Origin: Macrostomum lignano
Taxonomy: Eukaryota
NCBI GenBank assembly: GCA_002269645.1
Contig: NIVC01002235.1
Coordinates: 126,855 to 190,854, forward strand
Direction: 5' to 3'
Length of the DNA: 64,000 nucleotides
Shown in pieces: positions 1 through 12,569 of the stretch (positions are counted from its first letter, which is position 1; each line of letters starts with the position of its first letter). A program made the translations under genes and the position numbers. Under the pieces are notes generated by a model, which was not told the origin of the DNA, did not search any database, and was given only the letters and a program-made list of their open reading frames with translations.

Positions 1-400
1 CAGATCCTCAGTTGCTGGGCCAGCCTCCCAGATCCTCAGTTGCTGGGCCAGCTTCCCAGATCCTCAGTTGCTGGGCCAACATCCCAGATCCACAGTTTCT
101 GCGCCAGCCTCCCAGATCCTCAGTTGCTGGGCCAGCCTCCCAGATCCTCAGTTGCTGGGCCAGCCTCCCAGAGGGTCAGTTGCTGGACAAGCCTCCCAGA
201 TCCTCAGTTGCTGGGCCAGCCTCACAGAGTGTCAGTTGCTGGGCCAGCCTCCCAGATCCTCAGTTGCTGGGCCAGCCTCCCAGATCCTCAGTTGCTGGGC
301 CAGCCTCCCAGAGTGTCAGTTGGTGGGCCAGCCTCCCAGATCCTCAGTTGCTGGGCCAGCCTCCCAGATCCTCAGTTGCTGGGCCAGCCCCAGATCCCAG
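1..400. repeat. Minisatellite, 28-bp unit CAGATCCTCAGTTGCTGGGCCAGCCTCC
   Basis: Direct tandem repetition; it accounts for the repetitive ORFs at 12-455. Confidence 0.95.
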
Positions 401-738
401 ATTTGAAAAATTAAGTAAGCCATCATCGGAAAACACTTTTCAGAATGCTGGCTAATAGGTCTGATAAAATATTATTCCGTTGGATATTGTGTAAGAATAT
501 TCTTTATATAGAAACAGATGGGCAGAAAAAATCGGGTAAAATTATTATTATCAGATAGGCTTTCATCTTGCACAGAGAAAAATATAGTTGTTGAATAACA
601 TAAAATATCCATGGCACAGGGGTCCCATGAGCCTACAGTCGGATTAATATAGTTGATATGATTATAAATGTTAAAAGTGCTCCATGCATAGCCTAGCAAG
701 ATTTGGCGATGTCATCTCGAAGAGCTCTTTATTCTCTC

Positions 739-3700
739 TCAACGGTTCGATCGCTTTGAGGCGGCGGAACCGCTGCCTCGGCCGCTGGCAGACTCCAGCT
801 GGTGCTCCGACTCGGCCGCCGCTGCCGCCGGGGGCGTCTCCTCCTCTCCGGCGCCGCCCCAGCGCTCCAATTCCTGACGAACCATGCGCTCCATCTTCTC
901 CCGTTTCTCAGCCTCGCTGTCGCCCTCGCACTCGCCGATGGAGTCCAGCAGGCGACTCATCGTCTCGCGACGCTTCAGCTTGGCGCGCTCCATGCTCTCG
1001 AGTTTCAGCAGGACAGAGTCGATTCGATTCACGATGCCGCCGATGCTGTGCTCCATGCGGTCCACCCGGCGGGACAGCGTCGTGAACTCGTCGACGGAGA
1101 CGCCGCTGCCGCCGCCGCCGCCGCTGTTGCTGCCGCTGGTGTTCGGTCGGCCGCCTCTGGTGGCGCTGCGCATCGAGCCGCGTAGGCTGACAGCGCCGTC
1201 TCTGTCGTCGCCTGCCAGTTCGTCGTTGTCGGCGTCTCCGTCGTCGGCGCCGACGCCGGCGCTGCCCTGGCGCTGCTGCTCCGCGCGCTCACTTTCGATT
1301 TGACTGTTCAGGGCGGCCTGAGGGGTGCGGGCATGCGTGGTGGGGAGGATTTCTTGATGGTTTTTTTGCCATGTATCCTTCTTTGACCTCTAATTGTTCT
1401 GTAATAGCGCGATTCCTAATTCACCGCTTCTTGATTCACCGATTCCTGATTCAAGGATTCTTGATTCACCGATTCCTGATTCACTGATTTCTGATTCACC
1501 GATTCCTGATTCACTGATTTCTGATTCACCGATTTCTGATTCAAGGATTCTTGATTCACCGATTCCTGATTCACAGATTCCTGATTCACCGATTCCTGAT
1601 TCTCCGATTTCTGATTCACCGATTCCTGATTCACAGATTTCTGATTCACCGATTTCTGATTCACCGATTCCTGATTCACAGATTCCTAATTCACCGATTC
1701 CTGATTCACCGATTTCTGATTCACCGATTCCTGATTCACAGATTCCTGATTCACTGATTTCTGATTCACCGATTCCTGATTCACAGATTCCTGATTCACC
1801 GATTCCTGATTCACCGATTTCTGATTCACCGATTCCTGATTCACAGATTTCTGATTCACCGATTCCTGATTCACAGATTCCTGATTCACGGATTCCTGAT
1901 TCACAGATTCCTGATTCACAGATTCCTGATTCACAGATTCCTGATTCACAGATTCCTGATTCACAGATTCCTGATTCACTGATTTCTTATTCACCGACCC
2001 CTGATTCACTAATCCCTGATTCACCGATTTTAAATTTGCCCATTTCGCTGCCTCACCTTTTGTCCCTCGAGCTCCCACTGCATCTTGCGCTGCTCGTCTT
2101 CGTCCAGCACCCTATCGCCGTCCATGTCGTACCGGGCAAACAGGGCCTCAATTTCGCCGTCAGCGTAGCCTCGCCTTCAATTGTGATTGGCGGTTCGGAG
2201 GCCAAAAGTAAACGCACAATTTTTTGAGGCAAGCGATGTTTGTAAGAAGAGTGTCAGCTAGGGGTTAGTTGCTTAGAAAGACGTTTTCATCAAGATACTC
2301 GTATTATTTTTGAGAACACCGTAGATGATATTGTCAGTAGAGGATGTTGTCAGTAGGGGATATTGTCAGTAGGGGATATTGTCAGTAGGGGATGTTGTCA
2401 GTAGAGAATATTGTCAGTAGGGGATATTGTCAGTAGGGGATATTGTCAGTAGGGGATATTGTCAGTAGGGGATATTGTCAGTAGTAGGGGATGTTGTCCG
2501 TAGAGGATGTTGTCAGTAGGGGATATTGTCAGTAGGGGATATTGTCAGTAGGGGATGTTGTCAGTAGGGGATGTTGTCAGTAGGGGATATTGTCAGTAGG
2601 GGATATTGTCAGTAGGGGATATTGTCAGTAGAGAATATTGTCAGTAGGGGATATTGTCAGTAGGGGATATTGTCAGTAGGGGATATTGTCAGTAGGGGAT
2701 ATTGTCAGTAGGGGATGTTGTCAGTAGGGGATGTTGTCCGTAGAGGATGTTGTCAGTAGGGGATATTGTCAGTAGGGGATATTGTCCGTAGAGGATGTTG
2801 TCAGTAGGGGTTATTGTCAGTAGGGGAATATTGTCAGTAGGGGATATTGTCAGTAGGGGATATTGTCAGTAGGGGATATTGTCAGTAGGGGATATTGTCA
2901 GTAGGTATTAGTGTCGGGAAATATGCTGTCAGATTGGCCAGCAGGTCCCCAACTGGCTCAAACTCACATCTTCAATTCGGTTCGCCACTCCTCAAAGTCC
3001 AGCTGCCTGTCGTTGTTCATGTCAGCAGATTGCATCGCCCGTTGAATGTCGACGATTTTGTCGCGTCGCAGGTGCAGCTTGTCGAGTACACGGCCGGCTC
3101 GCTAGGAAAGAGAAGGGGCGGTTTGAATCAGGAATTAATAAAATATTCGTATAGCCGACTTAAGCTGAATCTAAATTCCCTGAAATTAATTATGTATTCT
3201 CTCCATTGCTTGAGTTTGGCGTTGCTATGGCGACGAGCAAAGTGTTGCGACACAACATCTAAAACTGGGCTGAACATCTTGTACTATAGAAGCTTAAAGA
3301 GCGCACGTGATGCGCTATGTGTTTAATTTTTAATAACATTAAATGCGAGAGTTCTATTGAAAAGAATGTTAAAATTGATTTCAAGGATGAGTTCTCACAG
3401 ACCTACATTGAAGCACACCTTGTGCTCCAGTTTGGCACCTCATGGTTCTCTTTTGGCGCATCTCACAGGTCCGTTTTGGCACACCTTACAGATCCATTTG
3501 GGCACATCTTACAGATCCATTTGGACACATCTTACGGATCCATTTGGGCACACCTTACAGTTCCATTTGGGCACACCTTACAGATCCATTTGGGCACATC
3601 TTACAGATCCATTTGGACACATCTTACGGATCCATTTGGGCACACCTTACAGTTCCATTTGGGCACACCTTACAGATCCATTTGGGCACATCTTACGGAT

Positions 3701-6700
3701 CCATTTGGGCACACCTTACAGATCCATTTGGGCACATCTTACAGATCCATTTGGGCACATCTTACGGATCCATTTGGGCACACCTCACAGATCCATTTGG
3801 GCACACCTCACAGATCCATTTGGCACAGCAATTTGTCAAGGTTGCAGTGTTCCTTAATGTGCACGAATCACTGAATATTAACGATTATAGTATAGTCAAT
3901 TTTAACTGTCTTCTTTCCAGACAATTTTGAATCTTTTGGCGAAAACGCGATCAAAATTGGTCAAGAATTGCAATCTCTAGAGCGTTATGGACAAACATAC
4001 AAACCTTAGAGATTTAGTATATTTGGATTGGATAAAACCCTACCTGCTTAAAATAGTCGGTCATCTCGAAGTCGTTCGGTTGATTAGCCAGGTTGCTCTT
4101 CACCTCGCTGTACGTGTCGTTAATGATCGCCAGGAACATGTTGATCAGCACGAAAAACACGAAGAACACGTACAGGATGAAGTAGATTGGGCCCAGCACT
4201 CGGTGCGCGTTCTGCAGACTGGCGAAGTCAAAATCGCCCAGAATGATGCGGAACAGCGTGAAAATGGCCTGCTGAAATTCTCTGAAGTCTTCAACTTTGG
4301 TGCCAAAGATCAGGTAGCCCAGCTGGGCGAAGGCGAAGAATACAATGAAGAACATCACGGCGAAGCCCAGTAAGTCTTTAGCGCAGGCGCCCAGAGTTGA
4401 ACTCAACTGCGTCATGGTCTTATTAAAGCTGATGTACTTGAAGATCTTCACCCAGGCGAAGAACACCGTGATAGCGATGGCCTGGTTAAACTGTTCCTGC
4501 CAAAAGCTGAGGAAGTCGAAGTCCGGATATTGAGTCTCGTCCTCCAGTAGTCTGGTGAGCTTGTTCCCAACGCTGATGGTTCGGTAGATATTGAAGGCGG
4601 CGCAGACCAGGGCAATTACAATCACGACAATGTCAAGCCAGTTCCAGAACGAGCTGAAATAAGCCAGCTTGTGCCGCTTGATCTCGATGATCTCTTCCAC
4701 AATGTAGTAGCAGATGAACAGCATGAAGATGCACTCGCAGGCCAGTACGAAATAGTCGATAGGTTCAACGTAGCGCAGAAGCTTTACAGTGCGAAACTCC
4801 CAAGAGGTGAAGCCGCCGCCAGTTGCCGGGAATTCAGCTATCAATTTGATCACGCAGAACAGGTTAATGTTAGCGTTGTACACTGTGAAGTCAATGAACA
4901 CAGCCCTGGTAGCTCTGTCAATCCATAGGCCATGGAAGAGTTCATCAATTTTAGCAGTGGATTCTTCGCGGCTCCGGCCCAGATCGATGTAATATCCGCC
5001 GCCGTTGTACGTGGCGAGCTTGCCGGAGTAGCCGCGACCGTCTAGCTGTTGTTCGGTGCTGTAATTCCAAGCCGTCGAGTTCATGTAGCCGAACGGTTCG
5101 CGGCTCTCGGCGCTGCGGCTGTACATGGCGTAGCAGGCGCGGATGTTGGCGCGAAAATCTGTCGCGATCGAGCAGCTGTCGTTGCGGACTCGAACCTGGC
5201 GGACAGATTGCCATTTTTTGGGCAGCGTTAATAACTATCTATAATGTTTCTAATTTGTAATTTATAAAATGAGAATAATTTATTACGCCTGGCCTAATTT
5301 GACCAGATGTGCAACCGACAGCTCAGCCGCAGCTATTGCGTGGCGCATCTGAAGGCTGCGTACGGCTGTTCAGTCCAAGGACTGGGGAGTCGCCACACGC
5401 AGCCTCAATTACCCCAGCTAATGCTGGCACCCATTTTACAGCTGGGTGAACTGAAGCAATGCAGAGTTCAGTGTCTTGCTCAAGGACACGAATTGTTCCG
5501 AGTGGGTCGAGACTCGAACTCCCGACCTTTCAGTAGTGAGTCCGACATCCGAACCACTAGGCTACATCCCTTACAACACAACCCTTTTAGCACACGTCCG
5601 CGCATAAATAAGGAAACTTGCTGCTCTGTTTTTAACTTATTTTATTGTTTTCCTTACTGATTTCACCAAAACCTAAGCGTCCACCATGAATAGGACTGTC
5701 AAGGGGGGCATGGCGTAGCCCAGTGGTCAAGCACGGCGCTCTGATGAGCCAGCGGCCCAGGCGTGATTCCAAGTGCAGTCACATTGACTTGGGGCTAAAC
5801 TGGAATCTCGGCTTGGCTCTGCTCGTGCAATTAACGTCCTTGAGGGCCAACCCCCAAGGCACAGTGAAGTGTACATGCCTAACGATAAATAAAGTTAGGG
5901 CCGCTGTACACTCCTGTGTGTGTGTCTGTGGGTATGACTGCGTACGTATCCGCGGCAGTAATGCCTCTCGCTGGTTGTGAGACAATGTCGCTTAAAGTGC
6001 GCCAGGGTGCATTCCCGTTTGATCCATTGCCTCTCAGCAACTCCCGCTTAACCCTGTCATCTCTCAAAATTCCACATTGATTGATCAATCAAAATCAACA
6101 GCCAATTACCTGTCGCATCCTTGGCACGCCGAGCAGTTTGTTCTCATAGTAGATGAAATTTCGCTCTCTCGGATCGGTCACATTGGCATTGTTATACCAG
6201 GTGTCCCAGTACAGGCCGGAGATCAGGGGGCCTTGGGCGAACTGAGGGTTTAATCGGGAAAAATATCATGCCTTGGGTATTTTTCATTTTTATTACTGTC
6301 ATAGCGGTGTGCCAGGAAGCCGATCGCTCACCCCCCACCAGTCCGCGAAGTTCTTCACCGACGTAAAAGTGGCACCGCTGGCGGTTGGCGTGGTCAGGAA
6401 CAGCGAGTTCATCACGAACGTGTAATAGTACATTGTTGACGAGGTCATGCCGAAGGTCACTGGAATTATAAGTAGTTAATTTTACTTACTGAATTTTCCC
6501 TTGTTACACACTAAAAATGACTGTCACTGATTTGACTGTCACTGATTTGACTGTCACTGATTTGACTGTCACTGATTTGACTGTCACTGATTTGACTGTC
6601 ACTGATTGGACTGTCACTGATTTGACTGTCACTGATTTGACTGTCACTGATTTGACTGTCACTGATTTGACTGTCACTGTTTTGACTATCCCTGACTGTC

Positions 6701-9592
6701 ACTGTTTTGACTATCACTGTTTTGACTGTCACTGTTTTGACTATCACTGTTTTGACTGTCACTGTTTTGACTATCACTGTTTTAACTGTCACTGATTTGA
6801 CTGTCACTGTTATGACTGTCACTGTTTTGACTGTCACTGTTTTGACTATCACTGTTTTGACTGTCACTGTTTTGACTGTCACTGATTTGACTGTCACTGT
6901 TTTGACTGTCACTGCTTGACTGTCACTGCTTGACTGTCACTGCTTGACTGTCACTGCTTGACTGTCACTGCTTGACTGTCACTGCTTGACTGTCACTGCT
7001 TGACTGTCACTGCTTGACTGTCACTATTTTGGCTGCCATGGATCAATCTCTGGCCCCAACCTAAACTTCAATCAGGCCCCAACCCTAATTACCCTAACCC
7101 TAAACTTACTGTGCTCTATGCAGTGCCCCATACAATTTGAATTTATAAGTACGTAAATTCGATAATAAGTCAGTGAAAGTGACGTACAGATCATTAGCAC
7201 TATCAGGAACAGGCAGTACACGATGAGCTCTCTCAGGGTGGTCTTGATGTACAGCTCTCGGTTCTCGCGAGTATCCATGGTGTAATTGGTGCGCCACACA
7301 ACTGCATTTTGTGAAATGGTGATTTTGTGAGCATCGTACAGGAAGTGTGATTTTCACAGGAAAGCAGAGGTGTAAAATTAAACTACACGTTTATAATAGC
7401 CGTGATTTAAATAAAAGAAACAAATAAAGTTGTTTAAATTTAGGCATTATTACGAATGCAGATGACCACCAAGAATAGGCAGTACATGACCAGCTCGCGC
7501 AGAGTGGTCTTGATTTTCAACTCAGCGTTCTGCGACACATCCTCCGTGTCCTTTGTCATCCAGACGGCTGAGTGAGTCGATTTTAGATAAATGATATAGT
7601 CTTGGTTACCAGGAGCCTAGCCAGGGGAGTGGCTAGATGGGGTCGCCACCCTCACACCCCCTGACCCCCCTGTTCAAAGTTTTAACAGTTTTCCAACAGC
7701 TCCTTTGGCGCCATCGGTGCCCGTTTGGTGTCGGTGTGCCGTTTGATGTCGGTGTGCCGTTTCATGTCGGTGTGCCGTTTGATGTCGTTGTTCCATTTGG
7801 TGTCGGTGTGCCGTTTCATGTCGGTGTGCCATTTGATGTCGTTGTTCCATTTGGTGTCGGTGTGCCGCTTCATGTCGGTGTGCCGTTTGATGTCGGTGTG
7901 CCGTTTATTGTCGGTGTGCCGTTTATTGTCGGTGTGCCGTTTCATGTCGGTGTCCCGTTTCATATCGGTGTCCCGTTTCATGTCGGTATCCCGTTTGATT
8001 TCGGTGTGCCATTTAGTGTCAGTGTGCCTTTTGGTGTCGGTGTGCCGTTTGGTGTCGGTGTGCCGTTTGGTGTCGGTGTGCCGTTTGGTGTCGGTGTGCC
8101 GTTTGGTGTCGGTGTGCCGTTTGGTGTCGGTGTGCCGTTTGGTGTCGGTGTGCCGTTTGGTGTCGGTGTGCCGTTTGGTGTCGGTGTGCCGTTTATTGTC
8201 GGTGTGCCATTTAGTGTCAGTATCTGTCCATCTGGGTCCTTTGAAACTTTACAATAATATAGCGATCCAGTCTGCTCAAGGTTTGGATCTCTTCTCAAAT
8301 CTTTTTCTTCTCTCCTCTTGTCTCCACTCTTCTCCTTTATTCCCTTTCCTCTCATCTTTTCTCCAATCTCTCTTCTCTCCCCTCTCCCCTTCTATGGCCC
8401 AGAGTCATGCGTTCATCGGTTCTCCCGGGCAAATGGGGGCAAATGGGGGCAAATGGGGGCGTCGAGTGTACAAGCCGTTGAAAAAAACTTACCGCGCACG
8501 CCTCTCTTAAACTTTCCCCAGCATCCGGTAGCCTCATCATCGGTGCCATTATTAGCCGGCATGATGGCCGCCTGGCTGCCAAAGTTCGACGAGTTCTCCA
8601 GCTGGTCGGCTGTGGCAGAAGTTGTCGGATTGTCGGCGTTGGCTTCCCAGGCCTGAATGGAACGATGAGGATTAGGGTAGAAAGTTAGCCTGAAATCGTG
8701 TTAGTTGAATGTAGGGCGCAGTTTCTGCGAAAGCAACTCCCTCTTGAGCCGTGTCTTTAACCCTAGCTCTCCCCTTGATTCTTAGCATCTCAGTATGAAG
8801 GGATTGTAGCCTGTTGGTTAGAGCGCAGGACTCACGACTTGAAGGTCGGGGGTTCGATTCTCGACTCAATCGGAACAATTTGTGTCTTTGAGCAAGACAC
8901 TTAACTCTGCATTGCTTCAGTTCACCCAGATGTAAAATGGGTGCCAGCATTGGCTGGGGTAATTGAGGGTGTGTGTGGCGACCCCCCCCAGTCCTTGGAC
9001 TGAACAGCCGTACGCAGCCTTCAGGTGCGCCGCGCAATAGCTGCGGCTGAGCTGTCGGTTGCACATCTGGCCATTAGTCGTAGTCGTCATGTCGCACAGT
9101 CGGCGATAGGCATTACTGCCCATTCCGCCGACTCCCCTGAGCAGGCACACACTCACACAGGAGTGTACAGCGGCCCTAACTTTATTTATCGTTAGGCATG
9201 TACACTTCACTGTGCCTTGGGGGTTGGCCCTCAGTGGTGTTAATTGCACGAGCAGAGCCAAGCTGAGATTCCAATTTAGACCCAAATTGATGTGACTGCA
9301 CTTGGAATCGATCCTGGGCCGCTGGCACATCGATCAGAGCGCCGCGATGGACCACTGGTGGGTTACGGCCCTACCGTCTTAGCTCCTTTGTACGGAACTA
9401 TACAGTGGTCATGACGGTTCTCACCTGACTGCCGCCAAGTTGACCACGCGACTGGGCCGACCCAGCCCTTACAACGTCGTCGTCGTGGACGGTGCGACGC
9501 GATTTGGCGCTTGACGCCTGCGGCTGCGTCTGCTGCTGCTCGGCTCCGCTAGCAGATTTTCGACTCCTAGCGCTGGCTGGTCTCGACGCCAT
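739..9592 (-). CDS. PKD2: Polycystin-2 (TRPP) cation channel, 9 coding exons, about 894 aa
   Basis: Exons 9592-9425, 8652-8493, [7567-7454 or 7301-7188], 6459-6332, 6241-6110, 5195-4044, 3101-2968, 2174-2057, 1317-739. All junctions are GT-AG and phase-compatible; total 2685 nt. Motifs: [35 protein letters not shown] pore, [18 protein letters not shown]-hands, coiled coil [17 protein letters not shown]2 versus PKD2L-type paralogy is not resolved. Confidence 0.93.
1410..2030. repeat. Intronic minisatellite, 15-bp unit GATTCCTGATTCACC
   Basis: Tandem array in the last PKD2 intron. Confidence 0.95.
2330..2905. repeat. Intronic minisatellite, 16-bp unit GTCAGTAGGGGATATT
   Basis: Tandem array in a PKD2 intron. 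Confidence 0.95.
3420..3830. repeat. Intronic minisatellite, 23-bp unit ACAGATCCATTTGGGCACATCTT
   Basis: Tandem array in a PKD2 intron. Confidence 0.95.
5303..5571 (-). mobile_element. tRNA-derived SINE, family A (CORE-like middle domain)
   Basis: Minus-strand head has an A box TAGCCTAGTGG and a B box GTTCGAGTC. The middle GTGTCCTTGAGCAAGACACT...CTGTAAAATGGG resembles the MIR CORE. Other copies lie at 8799, 23057 and 33445. Confidence 0.8.
5704..6012 (+). mobile_element. SINE-like dispersed repeat, family B
   Basis: tRNA-like A box TAGCCCAGTGGTC; homologous copies on the minus strand at 9100, 16322 and 37325/42849. Confidence 0.7.
6517..7030. repeat. Intronic minisatellite, 15-bp ACTGTCACTGATTTG grading into a 14-bp GACTGTCACTGCTT
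   Basis: Tandem array in the intron downstream of the duplicated PKD2 exons. Confidence 0.95.
7188..7301 (-). CDS. PKD2: PKD2 alternative exon 3b (114 nt, S1 helix)
   Basis: CAG acceptor, GTACGT donor, phase 1-1; [37 protein letters not shown]. Confidence 0.85.
7454..7567 (-). CDS. PKD2: PKD2 alternative exon 3a (114 nt, S1 helix)
   Basis: CAG acceptor, GTAATA donor, phase 1-1; [37 protein letters not shown]. Confidence 0.8.
7717..8220. repeat. Intronic minisatellite, 18-bp unit GGTGTCGGTGTGCCGTTT
   Basis: Tandem array in PKD2 intron 2. Confidence 0.95.
8799..9072 (+). mobile_element. SINE family A copy
   Basis: Reverse complement of 5303-5571; A and B boxes visible. Confidence 0.8.
9100..9367 (-). 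mobile_element. SINE family B copy
   Basis: Reverse-complement homology to 5704-6012. Confidence 0.7.
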
Positions 9593-10213
9593 GGGCAGTT
9601 TTGTGCTGTTTTCTCTCGTTGTTTCGCGAATGAATTGTCTGGAAGGTAAAGCGTTATAGAGCGGTCACTCTGTCAAATTGTTCAATGGACGTACGGAATT
9701 CGTTACACGTAGCTGAAAAAACGCGCAAATGACATATGTGCGAATTTCAAGGGCTTCAGGGCGAGCGACCGCGTTCACCTCCTCCTGGACTCCCTGGAGA
9801 GGGACTCCGGAGCTGCCCACGGTCGCCCAGGGTTAGCGGAGTTATCTTGACGCCCGGGAGCCCCTTGCAGCTAAGTCAAGTGTGCCAATGAAATGGCTCT
9901 ATGCTGTCTATGGCCTTGCTTTGTTTATGTAAATAATAAACGCTGTTTAATTCACATTCTGTGGTTAGAATGTCCGAGGCTGCGTTTAATGGTCTCGAGG
10001 CGAGCGTAGCGAGAATAGACTTACCAAAGCAGTTTACCTCTCGAAGCTGTCTTCCTCAGTTTCTCGCTCGATGCGTCAGCTCGTTTCCCTATCGCTCTCC
10101 CATTAAATCCCCTTCGCTGGGATGGAATCTGAGGGGAGGCGGGGAGGCTGTGGGCGCTTCATCCCTCTCCGCCGTCTGTTTGTTGTGAGAAAATAATAAA
10201 AATTTGTGATTCG

Positions 10214-10228
10214 GTTGCTAGGAGCAAC
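10214..10228. promoter_or_regulatory. Candidate RFX X-box upstream of PKD2
   Basis: Palindromic GTTGCT-AGG-AGCAAC about 620 bp upstream of the PKD2 ATG; X-boxes typify ciliary gene promoters. Confidence 0.45.
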
Positions 10229-10794
10229 AAAAATTGCAGCTTAGATACAGTAGAAGTAAGCGAGATGAAGCTTTATCCTCACAACAATTGAGGAGGTAGG
10301 TGAGCAGTCTCTCAATTCTCCAAAATCCACCCCAATCTAACAAAGTGAAGCCCGTAGGCACTAAAAGGATTTTCCTCCGCATTAAATTTTCAACAGAGCG
10401 TCACTGCTCTCCGGGCGCCATTACCAGCTAGCTATCTCTGGGACTGCGCAAAACGAGAGAGAAAGAGCGAGATAAAAAAATACTCCCCGAGAAATTGATT
10501 CCATTCAGTGTCTGTCGGCCCATTGTATTTTGTCTGGCAGTGTGGCAGGCGAAATGCAGCTTTTTATTTCTGCATCAGACACGTTTCGTTGCAATGTAAT
10601 TTTTCTGATTAAAGTGGCTGATGAAGATGATTGATGCTGAGTCTTGCTGCTCGGGATTTGATTAAAAATCATCTGCATATCTTCGCTGAGCAAATCGACA
10701 AATTTCATTCAAATAGAGAGCTATAAATAACTATGCATGAATGAAGATTTTTTATTTAATAAATCATATTATTACTCCCTTGATAATTTTCTGT

Positions 10795-12065
10795 CCTGTC
10801 AGTTCCTGTCAGTTCCTATCAGTTCCTATCAGTTCCTGTCAGTTCTTATCAGTTCCTGTCAGTTCTTATCAGTTCCTGTCAGTTCCTATCAGTTCCTATC
10901 AGTTCCTATCAGTTCCTGTCAGTTTCTATCAGTTCCTGTCAGTTTCTATCAGTTCCTGTCAGTTCCTATCAGTTTCTATCAGTTCCTGTCAGTTCCTATC
11001 AGTTCCTGTCAGTTCCTATCAGTTCCTATCAGTTCCTGTCAGTTTCTATCAGTTCCTGTCAGTTTCTATCAGTTCCTGTCAGTTCCTATCAGTTTCTATC
11101 AGTTCCTGTCAGTTCCTATCAGTTCCCGTCAGTTCCTATCAGTTCCTATCAGTTCCTGTCAGTTTCTGTCAGTTCCTATCAGTTCCTATCAGTTCCTGTC
11201 AGTTCCTATCAGTTCCTATCAGTTCCTGTCAGTTCCTATCAGTTCCCGTCAGTTCCTGTCAGTTCCTATCAGTTCCTGTCAGTTCCTATCAGTTCCCGTC
11301 AGTTTCTATCAGTTCCCGTCAGTTCCCGTCAGTTCCTATCAGTTCCTATCAGTTCCTATCAGTTCCTATCAGTTCCTGTCAGTTCCTATCAGTTCCCGTC
11401 AGTTCCTATCAGTTCCTATCAGTTCCTGTCAGTTCCTATCAGTTCCCGTCAGTTCCTATCAGTTCCTATCAGTTCCTGTCAGTTCCTATCAGTTTCTATC
11501 AGTTCCTGTCAGTTCCTATCAGTTCCTGTCAGTTCCTATCAGTTCCTATCAGTTCCTGTCAGTTTCTATCAGTTCCTGTCAGTTTCTATCAGTTCCTGTC
11601 AGTTCCTATCAGTTTCTATCAGTTCCTGTCAGTTCCTATCAGTTCCCGTCAGTTCCTATCAGTTCCTATCAGTTCCTGTCAGTTTCTGTCAGTTCCTATC
11701 AGTTCCTATCAGTTCCTGTCAGTTCCTATCAGTTCCTATCAGTTCCTGTCAGTTCCTATCAGTTCCCGTCAGTTCCTGTCAGTTCCTATCAGTTCCTGTC
11801 AGTTCCTATCAGTTCCCGTCAGTTCCTATCAGTTCCCGTCAGTTCCCGTCAGTTCCTATCAGTTCCTATCAGTTCCTATCAGTTCCTATCAGTTCCTGTC
11901 AGTTCCTATCAGTTCCCGTCAGTTCCTATCAGTTCCTATCAGTTCCTGTCAGTTCCTATCAGTTCCCGTCAGTTCCTATCAGTTCCTATCAGTTCCTATC
12001 AGTTCCTATCAGTTCCTGTCAGTTTCTGTCAGTTCCTATCAGTTCCTGTCAGTTCATGTGAGTTC
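10795..12065. repeat. Minisatellite, 10-bp unit AGTTCCT(A/G)TC
   Basis: About 125 tandem units in perfect register. Confidence 0.97.
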
Positions 12066-12569
12066 CTTTCTGTTCTCAAACGATTTCTAGAAACAGTCTT
12101 TTTACATTTCGGTTTGTTATAGTTGTCGATTATTTAATGTCATTTGTTAATCTAATAAATGCACTGTTGGCAAATACTAAATAAATAATTTTAAACCACA
12201 GTTGAGCACTATGCTGCACTATTATCTTATGCCCTAATGTTCTTAATATAAAAATCACATTAGAATGCTTGATACGATCTCCAAGCAGTCTGAGAATCCG
12301 TAAGATAAAGAAGTTCGAAGTTCACTTCGTGCACACAGCACGCCAAGTTGTTGTACACAGCTTGTCTGTTGGCACTTTTGAGTTGACCTCAGTAGAACTG
12401 CTTTAAATAGCGTTGAAATTAACCCTGTGCTTTAACAAAACAACTTTCTCTTTGCAAGCTCAACTGCAGTGCTGTTGTTATCTTTGCCTAAAAGCAAGGT
12501 CAGTCAAACGTTTGTCTGATTATTTACGTTTTATTTTATTGCTGTTTTATTGCTGGTAGATGTTTAAAC

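Noticed and set aside
802-1303. Plus-strand ORFs overlapping the last PKD2 exon, and similar antisense ORFs over the RTE elements
   Set aside because: Shadow ORFs from GC-rich coding sequence on the other strand
5500-5571. tRNA-like sequences at 5500-5571, 8799-8870 and 33562-33620
   Set aside because: They are SINE heads: A and B boxes run into a shared SINE body, with no complete cloverleaf
10505-10708. 67-aa minus-strand ORF upstream of PKD2
   Set aside because: No recognisable motif and no splice partner identified
10737-12122. Long ORFs over repeats (for example 10737-12122, 27433-28218, 45603-46905, 48539-49387, 51112-51822)
   Set aside because: Stop-free translations of tandem repeats, periodic in several frames; not genes
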